From the NCBI GenBank assembly GCA_043801165.1, contig JAZDMG010000007.1, positions 70,155 to 134,154 of the forward strand: a stretch of 64,000 nt of DNA, read 5' to 3'. This stretch comes from an archaeon. GTDB taxonomy: Archaea > Nanobdellota > Nanobdellia > Woesearchaeales > SM23-78. Shown piece after piece: positions 1 through 9,934 of this stretch (position 1 is its first letter; the number at the start of each line of letters is the position of its first letter). The position numbers and the translations under genes were made by a program. The notes under the pieces are model-generated. The model did not search any database. It saw only the letters and a list, made by a program, of their open reading frames with translations, and had not been told where the DNA came from.

Positions 1-2
1 CC

Positions 3-1040
3 ATAAAACCAAGCTCTTACACGCTGCTGAAAATCGAATCTGCAAAGAAAGAGTTCAGCAAAGAGAACTATGAAGAAGCAGCCCAGATAATCGAGTCTGC
101 AAGAAAAGAGATAATACTGACCATAAAAGCAAAGTTCATCTATCTCAATGAATCAATCATCTCAATAGGAACAAAGATTGACAGCCTGGGCCTGAGCAGG
201 TCACGGCTGGTTTTCCTTGAGGATTCACTGGCGATGCGCCTTGAAAAAGGAGATATAGCAGGCATCAAGACCATGGCCGTGGAATTAGGGTATCTTAACA
301 GCACCATTATGTTATATCAAGAGGTCAATGATCTAATCCCAGGGCTCCTGGAGAGGAACATCTCTGCCAAGAGGATAAGCGACGGCCTGGCTGATGCAGA
401 ATCAGAGATAAACATGGCCAGCTACGAATCATCCGCCAGAAGGCTCGAAGGGCTAAAGAAGACCGCCTCAAAAGCCCTTCTTATCTCGGATAAGGCAAAG
501 CAGCTGGAAAGCCAGCTGAACGCACTAGTGAGCCATTACAGCAGCCTGGCGACAGATGAAAAATACATCGAGACCAGCGGGATCATAGGAAAGGCAAGCT
601 CTGAACTGATGCGAGGCAACTATGATGAGGCAGAGAGCAGCATCAACTCTGCCCAGGCAGACCTTGAGAGCCTAAAGGCCAAGCTTCTCATAGCAGAAGC
701 GCAGAATGAGAAGAAACAGACCCTGCAGGAGTACCTCAGGGCGAGCTGGAAATACCTGCTGCTGGCAGCCATAGTATCTCTCATCATCATCAAGCTCACG
801 CACAGGAGCATCTCAGCGCATATGCGAAAGCACAGGCTCAAGAGGCTAGAGCTGGAGCTGGCGGCATGCAAGAGCCAGGTCGGAGAGCTGCAGACAAAGT
901 ATTTCATAAGGAAGAAGATCTCTCGGCAGATGTACGATGAGGCCTATGAGAGCCTGCAGCGAAGGATAGTGAGATTGAACGAGAACATATCGCTGATGCA
1001 CAAAAAAACGCAACAGGCAGGCGTCAAGCAAAAGCATTAA
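3..1040 (+). CDS. Coiled-coil membrane protein, 5-prime end cut by the window edge
   Basis: The frame of ORF 234..1040 stays open back to nt 3 (my translation: IKPSSYTLLKIESAKKEFSKENYEEAAQIIESARKE...). It has repeated helical NY(E/D)EA motifs, one TM segment (WKYLLLAAIVSLIIIKL) and a basic coiled-coil tail. No family recognised. Confidence 0.6.
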   Translation: MKPSSYTLLKIESAKKEFSKENYEEAAQIIESARKEIILTIKAKFIYLNESIISIGTKIDSLGLSRSRLVFLEDSLAMRLEKGDIAGIKTMAVELGYLNSTIMLYQEVNDLIPGLLERNISAKRISDGLADAESEINMASYESSARRLEGLKKTASKALLISDKAKQLESQLNALVSHYSSLATDEKYIETSGIIGKASSELMRGNYDEAESSINSAQADLESLKAKLLIAEAQNEKKQTLQEYLRASWKYLLLAAIVSLIIIKLTHRSISAHMRKHRLKRLELELAACKSQVGELQTKYFIRKKISRQMYDEAYESLQRRIVRLNENISLMHKKTQQAGVKQKH

Positions 1041-1116
1041 AAAGGCAGGACATATTAAGAGCTGATTAGGCACGTAGAAGCCGATTGGATTAATCGGTAT
1101 GAACTGATGTGAACAC

Positions 1117-1644
1117 ATGGATCTGACTGAAGAGATAAGAAACAAGCAGATAGTGCTTGTAGTCTTCCCAAAGGCCAAGTATGTGCAGGAGATAAACAAC
1201 GTCATCAAAGCAGTATACGCGACCTCCAACAAGATATGCTATGTCTGCCTGAACAAGCCTTACCAGAACGTAATGAACAATCTCAAGGCAGGAGGATTGC
1301 CCATCGAGAAATACTTCTTCATCGATGTGCTTACAAGCACCGTGAAAACACCGGATGTGGTGGACAACTGTGAGTTCGTGGAGTCACCGAGCGCGATCAC
1401 AGACCTGGGCATGGCATTCACCAAGGCGATACAGGAGAAAGGATGCGACAACGCCCTGTTCGACACCATATCAACGCTCACCATCTACCACGACGTAGGA
1501 GAGATCATAAAATTCACTCAGAACCTGATGACCAAGGCAAGGGTGCGAAATGTCAGATCAGTCTACATCGCGCTGAAAGAGGACAGCGAAGAGCTGGTGA
1601 AAGACCTCACAATGTTCGTCGACGGGGTCATAGAGCTGAGCTAG
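1117..1644 (+). CDS. KaiC/RecA-superfamily-like small protein without a P-loop (paralog 1 of 3)
   Basis: 175 aa. The C-terminal half has a KaiC/RecA-like hydrophobic strand plus Asp (ALFDTISTL) and a terminal DGVIEL. Where GxxGxGK(S/T) is expected the sequence reads VVFPKAKYVQE. Paralogous to 1692..2240 and 2536..3075 (shared CYV.L.KP, FD.ISTL.IY, FT..L motifs). Confidence 0.7.
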   Translation: MDLTEEIRNKQIVLVVFPKAKYVQEINNVIKAVYATSNKICYVCLNKPYQNVMNNLKAGGLPIEKYFFIDVLTSTVKTPDVVDNCEFVESPSAITDLGMAFTKAIQEKGCDNALFDTISTLTIYHDVGEIIKFTQNLMTKARVRNVRSVYIALKEDSEELVKDLTMFVDGVIELS

Positions 1645-1691
1645 GGGTCAGAGAGCATACTTTTAGACTAATAAGAAAAAGAGGTAATAAG

Positions 1692-2240
1692 ATGATGATG
1701 CCGCGTCTAGAGAATTCTCAGAACATGCTTGCGTTGGTGCTGCTGCAAAACATGGGAAGGGACGGGCTTTACAGGATGATAAGGACTGCCAAAGAAAAAT
1801 GTAAAAATGTCTGCTACGTGTCTCTTTCCACCCCCCACACCAATCTCATCAATAATCTGAGAGTTGCTAATATAGAGTACAAAAATTTCGTTTTCGTGGA
1901 TGCGATGAGCAACACCGCCCATGAGGACATCGAACCCGGAGAGAAATGCATATCCATCTCCAGGCCAGATGACCTAGAAGAGATAAAAAGAGCAGTAAAG
2001 CATGCCGTGACCAGAAATGGGTGCACGATGACAATCTTCGATTCTATCTCGACATTGCTCATATACCACACTCCAGACACCATAGTGCGGTTCACCAACG
2101 ACCTCATAACGGATGATAAGAAGAACGCAATCAGAAAAATGTTCATCATGCTCAAATCAGACGGCCTTTATAAAGAAGAAAGCAGAAGGCTCGTGAATGA
2201 CCTCAACCTATTCGCCGACAAGGTAGTGAAGATAGAATAG
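1692..2240 (+). CDS. KaiC/RecA-superfamily-like small protein without a P-loop (paralog 2 of 3)
   Basis: The track ORF 1443..2240 starts inside the previous gene in another frame. The in-frame ATG at 1692 (MMMPRLEN...) follows GAGGT at 1681-1685, and from there the protein aligns with its two paralogs (CYVSLSTPH, TIFDSISTLLIYH, LFADKVVKIE). No Walker A. Confidence 0.7.
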   Translation: MMMPRLENSQNMLALVLLQNMGRDGLYRMIRTAKEKCKNVCYVSLSTPHTNLINNLRVANIEYKNFVFVDAMSNTAHEDIEPGEKCISISRPDDLEEIKRAVKHAVTRNGCTMTIFDSISTLLIYHTPDTIVRFTNDLITDDKKNAIRKMFIMLKSDGLYKEESRRLVNDLNLFADKVVKIE

Positions 2241-2410
2241 GTATCCTGCGCGACCAAACAACCATGTATCTGCGGAATGCAAAAAAGAGTAAAATATATA
2301 AACAAATAAGGAATATAGTCGGCAAGTGAGAAAGCCAGTTCGAAACAGTAAAATCTGCCTTTTTATTACACTTCCTATTACATGATTACTAAATCAGTAA
2401 GAAAGTATTC

Positions 2411-2433
2411 ATTGGCGAGCATATCTCGCCAAT
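2411..2433. promoter_or_regulatory. Perfect 9-bp inverted repeat ATTGGCGAG-CATAT-CTCGCCAAT
   Basis: Read directly, in the 295-nt gap between KaiC-like paralogs 2 and 3. It could be a terminator stem or an operator. Function unknown. Confidence 0.3.
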
Positions 2434-2535
2434 AAAGAAAAAGGATAAACATATAAATACTAATCATAATAGTAACTCTGAAAGAGGCAACAACGAAGAT
2501 TTTGACAATGCGGATAACGATTATGGTGAGGCATA

Positions 2536-3075
2536 ATGGAATTATTCTCTAGAACGAGTGAAAACAAATTCGTCCTTGTTTTTCTCCAAAATAAAAACTA
2601 CATGAAAGAGCTTGGCAAGATAGTGAAGCCTACAAAAAGTGGCGCTAGGATATGCTATGTATGCCTCTCAAAGCCTTACTCTAAAATGATGGACAATCTC
2701 AAGAGCGAGAAGGTTAACTATGAGAACTTTATCTTTATCGACACGATGAGCAGCCCACAATACAAGCTCAAACCTGTGAAAAATTGCATATTTGTATCAG
2801 GACCTGAAAATCTTGATGATATAAGAAAAGCCATCAGAAAAGCAACGCAGAAATACAACTGCGACACAATAATCTTTGACACCATATCCACCCTATTAAT
2901 ATACCAGCAAACGCACAAAATCGTAAGGTTTACTCACGAGCTAATAGCAGATAAGATCCAGAAAACCGTTAATAAAGTATATTTTGTGCTAAAAGAGACC
3001 GGTCTTTACAAGTCCGAAAGCGCAAAATTAATAAAGGACCTTAACTTATTTGCAGATAAGATAGTTAAGCTTTAA
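2536..3075 (+). CDS. KaiC/RecA-superfamily-like small protein without a P-loop (paralog 3 of 3)
   Basis: 179 aa. GGTGAGG lies 4 nt upstream of the ATG. Contains CYVCLSKPY, IIFDTISTLLIYQ and LFADKIVKL, most similar to paralog 2. No GxxGxGK(S/T). Confidence 0.75.
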   Translation: MELFSRTSENKFVLVFLQNKNYMKELGKIVKPTKSGARICYVCLSKPYSKMMDNLKSEKVNYENFIFIDTMSSPQYKLKPVKNCIFVSGPENLDDIRKAIRKATQKYNCDTIIFDTISTLLIYQQTHKIVRFTHELIADKIQKTVNKVYFVLKETGLYKSESAKLIKDLNLFADKIVKL

Positions 3076-3112
3076 TATTTGATAACAAGGATTTTGATAA
3101 CCCAAAAAAAAT

Positions 3113-3499
3113 ATGAGGAAATCTGATATGCCAGCCACCATAATGATAGTCGATGATGAGCCTCACATAGTAGAGCTTGAAAAAGCGATCCTGGAGGCGA
3201 GTGGGTTCAAGACCATGACCGCAGGCGGGGGCGCAGATGCACTAAAGCTCCTGGAGAAGAACAAGCCAGACCTTGTGATCCTTGACATGATGATGCCCGG
3301 AATGTCAGGCAGAGAGGTATGCGAGAAGATACGCAAGAATCCTAAGACCCAGAACCTGAAAGTAATATTTGTGACTGTTGCCAGATTCTCAGAAGTGGGC
3401 AAGCTGTCCCTAAAGGGCATGAACGTGCTTGACTACATCACAAAGCCATTCGACAACGAAGATTTCTTGAACAGGATCAAGAAGATAGTCTCTAAGTAA
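3113..3499 (+). CDS. Stand-alone CheY-like response regulator receiver
   Basis: Contains IMIVDDEP (acidic pocket), LVILDMMMPGMSG (phospho-acceptor Asp) and ITKPF (conserved Lys). No output domain. The ATG at 3128 (MPATIMIVDD), preceded by GAGGAA, may be the true start. Confidence 0.9.
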   Translation: MRKSDMPATIMIVDDEPHIVELEKAILEASGFKTMTAGGGADALKLLEKNKPDLVILDMMMPGMSGREVCEKIRKNPKTQNLKVIFVTVARFSEVGKLSLKGMNVLDYITKPFDNEDFLNRIKKIVSK

Positions 3500-3510
3500 G
3501 AAAGCCAGGA

Positions 3511-3879
3511 TTATTTCTGCAGTATCTGATCTACTTTGTCCAAGAGGTCTTCCTGCGGGAATGATTTTGTCAGGCAGTCGAGGACATTGAGCTTTTCCAT
3601 GAACTCTATGCCTATGTCATATTTCTGCATCACAGTCAAGAAAGCTATCTTCAGGTCTTTTGTCTCTGGATTTGCCCTTATCCTCCTGCAGACTTCCTTT
3701 CCGTCCATGCCAGGCATCATGACATCCAAGAGGATGAGATCTGGTTTCATCCTTTCCAGCCAATCAAGGCATTCCTGCCCGCTACGGGCTACTGTGACCT
3801 CGTATCCTTTCTGTTTCAGGACAGTCTTGATCAGCTCCAGAAGATGCGGATCATCATCAACCAATAATACTCTTTTCAT
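3511..3879 (-). CDS. Stand-alone CheY-like response regulator receiver
   Basis: Contains VLLVDDDP, LILLDVMMPGMDG and LTKSF. 122 aa with no output domain. Convergent with the other receiver. Confidence 0.9.
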   Translation of the reverse strand: MKRVLLVDDDPHLLELIKTVLKQKGYEVTVARSGQECLDWLERMKPDLILLDVMMPGMDGKEVCRRIRANPETKDLKIAFLTVMQKYDIGIEFMEKLNVLDCLTKSFPQEDLLDKVDQILQK

Positions 3880-4037
3880 TTTTCATCCTCAAGCCATATT
3901 CCCATAGCCCCATATATTCCTAGAGCTCTTCAATAAAACAATACGTTTATGTATTTAAAATAGCCGAAACAAAGCAGGTTCTGCTTGGCATAGCCCGCCC
4001 AATATCCCTACTTTTAATATAATCATCTCTTTATTTG

Positions 4038-7000
4038 TTATTTAGTTGCTCTTCTCTTCTTATGATCTTTGCTTACCTTGTCATTGGGATTGTCTTTATT
4101 CGCGGCCTTTTCCTCAACCCTATCATCAGTGACCACCTTATTCCAGCCGCTCTCTCCATTTTTAATCTGAGCCGTATCCAGATTCTTATTCTCTTTGTCC
4201 TTATCATCATCGGGCGCCTTGACGACGGAGAGGCTCTGCTCCTTGTCCAGCGCAACATCGCTTTTTATCGGCAGCGTGAAGAAGAATGTCGAGCCCTTGC
4301 CCTCCTCGCTCTTGAACCATATCTTCCCTCCAAGAGCCTCCACGATGCCCTTGCAGATGGACAGACCCAGACCGGATCCTCCTACCTTCCTTGTGAGCCA
4401 GGATTCGGCTTGGTAGAAGCGCTGGAATATCTTAGGCTGGTTCTTTCTAGGGATGCCTATGCCTGTGTCCTTGACTAAGAACAGGACTGATTTTCCATGC
4501 TTTTCTGCCTTGACGATTATCTTCCCGCCTTTTGTGATGTTGTATTTCACTGAGTTGCTGGTAAGGTTGACAAGCACCTGTGAGAGCCTGCTCTTGTCAG
4601 TTATTATGGCAGGGACATCGCTTGCTACGCTGACCTTGAGCGAGAGGCTATTCTTCGATGCGAGGACATACATCTCCTTCATCACTTCCTTGAAGATATC
4701 CTTGACATCCACCTTCTCAAAGACGAACTTCAATGTTCCGATGTCAAGCCTTGAGAGGTCAAGTATGTCCTCGATTAGCCTTTTCAGCCTGTCAGAGTCC
4801 TGCATTATGATGCTAAGATAGTTATCCCTCTGCTTGATATTGGCGACTATCTTCTTGTTCTGGAGAAGGTTCGCAAACCCGTGGATGGAGGCGAGCGGGG
4901 TCTTGAGCTCATGGGCAGTTATCGATATGAACTGGTTCTTGTAATAATCGGCCTTCTTCAGCTCTTCATTGGCTTTTTTCATCTTCTTGTTGATTCTGAC
5001 AAGCTCCTCCTTGGATTTCTCTATCTCATCCTTTGACAAGCTTACGTCCTCGAGCATGTTGAGGATTGCAATCCTTGCGTCCTGGAGCTCAGCGACCTTG
5101 TCATTCAGCTCTTTTGCCCTGGCATCAACTCTTGACTCAAGCTCTTTGTTGAGCTTCTCAAGCTCAGATGTCCTTTCTTGTATCTTCTCTTCCAAATTCG
5201 CGTTAATAGCTATAATCTCATTCGTCTTCTCATCCACCTTATGCCTAAGGTCGCGCATAATCATGAACCCGAATAATACTCCCCCTAAGAGTATAAACAC
5301 AATTGTAGACAAAGTGATCACCCACAGCTTATTTATACTCTCAGAGAGGATATCATCGATAGCAACTCGTGAATTCACAGTAATGACCCCCCAGTAACCA
5401 TCCAAGACTCGCACCGGCTCATAAAATAATATGAACTTCTGAAGAGGTACAACGCGCCATTTAGACTCGGATGCATTAACAAAGGTATTTTCAAACAATC
5501 CTCCATTTCCGGCGCGAATCTTTTTTTTCATATTGTCAAAAGTTGAATTTGACTGCACCAGATCCTCTAGTCTTGGACCGGATGTCCCGATGATTGCATC
5601 ACCAATAAGCAGGTAAACATTTCTGTTGCTGTTCTGATCATTCGGATTCTCTACGAGCGCCAGCATCTCGACAGCGCCAAATGAGACGACAAGCATTCCC
5701 TTGAATTCTGCGTTTTCATAGACCGGGGTAAAAAGGCTGATCATGTCGCGCGAATCCCTGCCTTTAAAGACATATGATATGGCAACTTGCCTATGCACAT
5801 AAGCCATGTTCATTGAAACTTCATTTAAGAATCCGGAATAGTCATCATAATTAGCAGAATTAGCCAGAGCTGGGAGATCGGCGTTTCCGTTGCCGATGGA
5901 AAAAAGCGTGGAGCTTTGATCAACTATGCGCTTATCATAATCAAAAAGCATCACATAATTATTTCCATATGAATAATATATATATTCGTTCAAATCATTG
6001 ATCACTGAACGCCTGGAGGAAGCATTGCCTGATAAAATCATCTTGTTTTTAGCGAAAAAAGAAACTGAGTTAACCAAATTATTCATAGAATTCTGTAAGA
6101 CTGCCGCGTCCTGCTTGATGATGACTGCTTGCGCCTCATCCGACACCTTCCTTGTGCCTTCATATATCCTTTCTGAGACGATGAACGTATTAAAGACAAA
6201 GAGACCGATAAGCACCAGGATGAAAACAACAATCACAAAAAGCGCCATATCACGCTTGATCCTAAGAAAGCCCTGCTTAAACAAAAGCGCCGCATAAACC
6301 GAAGCGACAGCAAAAGGTAAAATAAGGAGAATCAGCGGATTCCAGAATTCGGACAACCATGAATATATCCCCAAACCCAGAAACGCAGCCATAAAAGCAG
6401 AAAACAAAGCTAAAAGTTTAAAATCCCTCTTTTTTATGCAGATAGAAAATAGCAGCGCCAAGGTGCTGACAAAATATAATATGGCAAGGATAATAAAAAC
6501 GGAAAACAAAGGCCCTTGAACCAGATTTACTATGCCGTATTTCTGCATGATCTCAGAATCATATACTACTCCGCCAATAATAAGATTTGTAAACATCGTC
6601 AAAATCATTATCGTAAAATTAATCAGATGCAATAACAACAGAATAGTGAGATTGATTTTGACCCGAGCAACAGAAACCACCGAGAGAAAATAATAAAACA
6701 AGAAGCATCCGACTGAAAAGACAACAAGCCTCAGCATGAACCCGAGGATAACAGGATCCTGGACGTGAAGCCTTACAACATAAGAAACCGCCAACAAAAT
6801 CGCTGAGAGGATATAACTGATAAAATACATGCGAACATCCTTCTCTGAATCCTTGCTTATAGACACAATCAAAAAGAAGCAGATGATAGTTCCTATCACT
6901 CCAATAATCACATAAGTAAAGTTCAGATTAAACAGAATTGTAGACGAGGATGCGGCCGAAAGATTCGCCGCAACAGGCTTTTCTGCAGATGCATACTCAC

Positions 7001-8030
7001 TTAAATATGTTGTTGCCGCCACATTGAAACGGACGCCGTCAGCAGTGAGCGCATTGACAACTGCGATGTACATGTATTTTTGCGTTATCCTGCCATCAGC
7101 CTCTGCCCAATCATACACTCCCTCTGCTTCAAGGCCGCCCTTGGTCTTTGACATTACCTTCCAGAAGCCGGGAAGCTTGTCTGCGAGCGTGCTCAGGTCA
7201 AGGTTGGCGATTTTCGGGTTCTGATGGAACCTGTTGATGAGAGTGTCTGTGTCAGCAACAGCAGTGTATCCTGTCTTGCCGACCAGCTGGACTGCTATCT
7301 CTGAAAAATAAGAATCATTCTGAAGCTCAGCCACAGTCATCCCTGGCCGCGCCTTTATGTAGATCTCAAGCTGCTTAGCAACATCCACTGCTTTTTGCCT
7401 GATCGATTCCTGGGCAAAAGTTGAGAACTCTCCGACCTTATATGCGCTAAGATAATGAGAAGCGTTCATATCATCAAGGTAGGTAGTGGCGGCGACAAGC
7501 AGCGGTCTGCCATCAGCTGTCTTTTTGTCAACGCAAGCTAGGTACATATACTTCTGGCTTATGGAGCCGTCTGCCTCTTTCCAATCATAAAATCCGGATG
7601 ACTCCCGGCAGACCGGGCCGAGGGCCTTCTCGAAGATGGCCCAGAAAGTTGGCAGGGATGCGCTCAATTGGTGCGAATCTGTGTTGATAAGGCTTTTCTG
7701 TGGATGAAAATAAATTATTCCTGAGCTGGAGTCGACTAGGGCAGTATATCCTGTGGCTCCTACTTTCTGCACAGCCAGACTCCTGAAGAAAGAGTCGTTC
7801 TGGAGGGCAGCGATGGTCTTCTCAGGATGCTCCTGGAGATAGGAGCCGACCTGAGCTGCCAATTCCGAGGCCTTCAGCTTCACAGAGAGCTGCAAAAGGG
7901 ATTCTTTTGCAGCAACAGGTCCTTGTGAATCATCCTGAGCATGAACAAGCACAGGCAAGCACATAATCAAGGCAACAGCTAACACGATGAACGCTTTCCA
8001 AAAAAACGCTGTCATCATCTTATTATACAT
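4038..8030 (-). CDS. Multi-sensor polytopic histidine kinase (two N-terminal Cache/PDC-like repeats, ~8 TM, third extracytoplasmic domain, HisKA + HATPase_c)
   Basis: H-box FISITAHELKTPLASIHGF; N box LTSNSVKYN; G1 VKDTGIGIP; G2 GGSGLGLSICKGIV. Two ~170-aa internal repeats share LQNDS(F/Y)F..(L/I)AVQ.VG.TGYTA and YDW.EADG.I.QKYMY. A signal peptide follows MYNKMM. The track ORF starts at 8120, inside the upstream gene. Starts at 8030 (ATG overlapping the upstream TAA) or 8018 are more plausible. Confidence 0.9.
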   Translation of the reverse strand: MYNKMMTAFFWKAFIVLAVALIMCLPVLVHAQDDSQGPVAAKESLLQLSVKLKASELAAQVGSYLQEHPEKTIAALQNDSFFRSLAVQKVGATGYTALVDSSSGIIYFHPQKSLINTDSHQLSASLPTFWAIFEKALGPVCRESSGFYDWKEADGSISQKYMYLACVDKKTADGRPLLVAATTYLDDMNASHYLSAYKVGEFSTFAQESIRQKAVDVAKQLEIYIKARPGMTVAELQNDSYFSEIAVQLVGKTGYTAVADTDTLINRFHQNPKIANLDLSTLADKLPGFWKVMSKTKGGLEAEGVYDWAEADGRITQKYMYIAVVNALTADGVRFNVAATTYLSEYASAEKPVAANLSAASSSTILFNLNFTYVIIGVIGTIICFFLIVSISKDSEKDVRMYFISYILSAILLAVSYVVRLHVQDPVILGFMLRLVVFSVGCFLFYYFLSVVSVARVKINLTILLLLHLINFTIMILTMFTNLIIGGVVYDSEIMQKYGIVNLVQGPLFSVFIILAILYFVSTLALLFSICIKKRDFKLLALFSAFMAAFLGLGIYSWLSEFWNPLILLILPFAVASVYAALLFKQGFLRIKRDMALFVIVVFILVLIGLFVFNTFIVSERIYEGTRKVSDEAQAVIIKQDAAVLQNSMNNLVNSVSFFAKNKMILSGNASSRRSVINDLNEYIYYSYGNNYVMLFDYDKRIVDQSSTLFSIGNGNADLPALANSANYDDYSGFLNEVSMNMAYVHRQVAISYVFKGRDSRDMISLFTPVYENAEFKGMLVVSFGAVEMLALVENPNDQNSNRNVYLLIGDAIIGTSGPRLEDLVQSNSTFDNMKKKIRAGNGGLFENTFVNASESKWRVVPLQKFILFYEPVRVLDGYWGVITVNSRVAIDDILSESINKLWVITLSTIVFILLGGVLFGFMIMRDLRHKVDEKTNEIIAINANLEEKIQERTSELEKLNKELESRVDARAKELNDKVAELQDARIAILNMLEDVSLSKDEIEKSKEELVRINKKMKKANEELKKADYYKNQFISITAHELKTPLASIHGFANLLQNKKIVANIKQRDNYLSIIMQDSDRLKRLIEDILDLSRLDIGTLKFVFEKVDVKDIFKEVMKEMYVLASKNSLSLKVSVASDVPAIITDKSRLSQVLVNLTSNSVKYNITKGGKIIVKAEKHGKSVLFLVKDTGIGIPRKNQPKIFQRFYQAESWLTRKVGGSGLGLSICKGIVEALGGKIWFKSEEGKGSTFFFTLPIKSDVALDKEQSLSVVKAPDDDKDKENKNLDTAQIKNGESGWNKVVTDDRVEEKAANKDNPNDKVSKDHKKRRATK

Positions 8031-9024
8031 CCTTCTTATCTCCCTCTTTCTTATCTTCAACCTTACTATCTCTGGCCTTTTGTTTATTTCTTTCTTTTTG
8101 CGCATTCTTCCTGGCCGCATCGCGCTCCAGCTCAGCGATCCTCTTCTTCAGCTCGACCATCTTGAGCTCTCTTCTGACCATGAACTTATTGAGCTTCTCA
8201 AGAGTGCCTACTTTTCTGCCCAGTTCCTTTGTCCTATCGGCGACCTGAGATTCCAGCTCCTGCTGGTGCTTCTCAAGCAAGTTCTTTGAGATCAAAATCT
8301 CATTAGCCATTCCATTGAAAGAATCAGCCAACACGCCAAACTCATCCTTTGATTTCAACTTAACTTTATAATTAAGATTTCCATCTGAAATTGATTTCAC
8401 TCCTGCGTTAAGCTCACGGACCGGCACTAAAACAAACCATCTAATCAAAAGGAAAATCAGGATCAGCACAGCGATTGACAAGCAGACTGCTATTTTAACA
8501 TACTCCCTGATTGTTGCTTGAACCGCAGCCTCAATATCCTCCAGTATAAAAACTATCTCGAAAGTCCCACCTATCTTCCCCGACAGATGGATTGGCGAGA
8601 TAACCTTGAGAAGCATGCTGTTGCTGTTCTTGTCATTGAAAAATGTTGATGATGATAAGCCGGAAGTATAAACTTGAAGGTTCATGTCATCAGCAGCCTT
8701 CTTCACTTGCAAATAATTGTTAGACATATAGGTGACTAGTTCCCCATCTTCAGGAAGGTTGACGTTCAAGCTCAAAATATCTTCCTGGAGCCACATCATC
8801 TTCTGCATCTGAGATGATATTGCATTCTTATCTCCTAAAACCTCTTTTGTGCCAATTCCCGAATCAAGGGCATAAGCTATTGCCTGGACCTTGTCTAAAT
8901 AAGCGCTCATCATGTTTTTGCGGATGTTATCAGCCGAATAATATGTGAATAAGGAAAAGACTAGCACCAAGACTAAAAGAACAAATACAGATAACTTAAA
9001 GGCTAATCTTGACTTTGCAATCAT
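8023..9024 (-). CDS. Membrane sensor with HAMP domain and C-terminal coiled coil, no transmitter domain
   Basis: Two TM segments flank a ~150-aa extracytoplasmic region. HAMP: VPVRELNAGVKSISDGNLNYKVKLKSKDEFGVLADSFNGMANEI. Ends in the coiled coil LEKLNKFMVRRELKMVELKKRIAELERD. No H-box or ATPase motifs. Confidence 0.8.
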   Translation of the reverse strand: MIAKSRLAFKLSVFVLLVLVLVFSLFTYYSADNIRKNMMSAYLDKVQAIAYALDSGIGTKEVLGDKNAISSQMQKMMWLQEDILSLNVNLPEDGELVTYMSNNYLQVKKAADDMNLQVYTSGLSSSTFFNDKNSNSMLLKVISPIHLSGKIGGTFEIVFILEDIEAAVQATIREYVKIAVCLSIAVLILIFLLIRWFVLVPVRELNAGVKSISDGNLNYKVKLKSKDEFGVLADSFNGMANEILISKNLLEKHQQELESQVADRTKELGRKVGTLEKLNKFMVRRELKMVELKKRIAELERDAARKNAQKERNKQKARDSKVEDKKEGDKKDV

Positions 9025-9076
9025 AGTTCAATACCAAACATATTCCGTGCATTCAAGCTGATTCAATCATCTCAAC

Positions 9077-9934
9077 TCATTTAGTCCATTTTGACTTAAT
9101 CTCATCCAGCCTGCCATTTCTTTTCATATTCCTCAATACCGCGTCTATCTCGCTCATCAAGGCAGCGTTGCCAAGCTTTGTCGCAATCCCATAATATTCC
9201 TGGGTAAAAGGCTCTCCTACAATCTTAAATCCTGGCTCTATCTTCAGGATGTCAACTGCAGCCACATAGTCTATGACTATGGCATCAATATTCCTGTTCT
9301 TCAGGTCGTAGATCATCCCTGATTCAGGATTGGCCTCATCGGGAAAGCATGTGACATAAAGGCTTATCTGGGTAGAGTTTATGTATTTCTTAAGCTCAAT
9401 CTCCCCTGTCGTGTCTTCCTGAACTCCCATTTTCCTGCCTTGAAAATCTTCGAGAGAAGCAATATCCTGTGTCTCGCCTCTCACAATAATAACCTGCCCG
9501 CCATCAAAATAAGGAATGCTAAATAGCATAGTTTCAGACCTTTCCTGAGTTATTGTTATTGCTGAGATCACAATATCAAATGTTCCATTATCAATTGCAA
9601 CAAACAACTCGTCCCAAGCATAATCCTGGAATTCAAGTGAGACTCCGAGCCCAGACGCGATTTCTCTCGCTATATCCACATCGATACCAACAGGGTTATT
9701 GTTTTCATCAAAAAATTCCATAATCCCATAGGGAATATCTGCGCCGACAACAAGCTTTCCCCTCTCCTTGACTTTCAAAAGAGAATCATCCTTCACGATG
9801 TTTACGCCATTATTAGTCTGGACAGAGCTGCAGCCAGCCAACAAAATACAGCATAACAAGGCCGAAACTAATAATATTTTTGAAAGAATTGTATAATTCA
9901 CATCGTTTATTTTTCTCATTTTATCACGCTCCAT
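9077..9934 (-). CDS. Family-3 (PBPb/amino-acid type) solute-binding protein with lipobox
   Basis: The signal peptide ends LLAGCSS (lipobox-like). Contains ERGKLVVGADIPYG..E, FDIVISAITIT.ER, FSIPY and DAIVIDY, as in SBP_bac_3. No permease or ATPase genes nearby. Confidence 0.85.
   Translation of the reverse strand: MERDKMRKINDVNYTILSKILLVSALLCCILLAGCSSVQTNNGVNIVKDDSLLKVKERGKLVVGADIPYGIMEFFDENNNPVGIDVDIAREIASGLGVSLEFQDYAWDELFVAIDNGTFDIVISAITITQERSETMLFSIPYFDGGQVIIVRGETQDIASLEDFQGRKMGVQEDTTGEIELKKYINSTQISLYVTCFPDEANPESGMIYDLKNRNIDAIVIDYVAAVDILKIEPGFKIVGEPFTQEYYGIATKLGNAALMSEIDAVLRNMKRNGRLDEIKSKWTK

Noticed and set aside
1443-1691. N-terminal 83-aa extension of the track ORF 1443..2240, overlapping the 1117..1644 gene.
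   Set aside because: The extension is Arg/His-rich and sits out of frame inside a well-supported gene. Homology to the two paralogs begins only at the ATG at 1692, which has its own GAGGT.
2241-2535. The 295-nt gap between KaiC-like paralogs 2 and 3 as a possible ncRNA or tRNA locus.
   Set aside because: I could not fold a cloverleaf or find conserved tRNA boxes. Apart from the 9-bp inverted repeat at 2411-2433 and TATA-like boxes, nothing supports an RNA gene.
8031-8120. N-terminal 30 aa (MRPGRMRKKKEINKRPEIVRLKIRKREIRR) of the track version of the histidine kinase ORF.
   Set aside because: It overlaps the 3-prime end of the upstream HAMP gene in another frame and is purely basic. The signal peptide follows the internal MYNKMM, where the ATG overlaps the upstream stop codon (a typical coupled start).
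4035-8289. Plus-strand ORFs antisense to the histidine kinase (4035..4478, 4453..4821, 4969..5397, 5998..6297, 7987..8289).
   Set aside because: The minus strand carries a complete kinase with H, N, G1 and G2 boxes. The antisense products are Ser/Leu-rich shadows.
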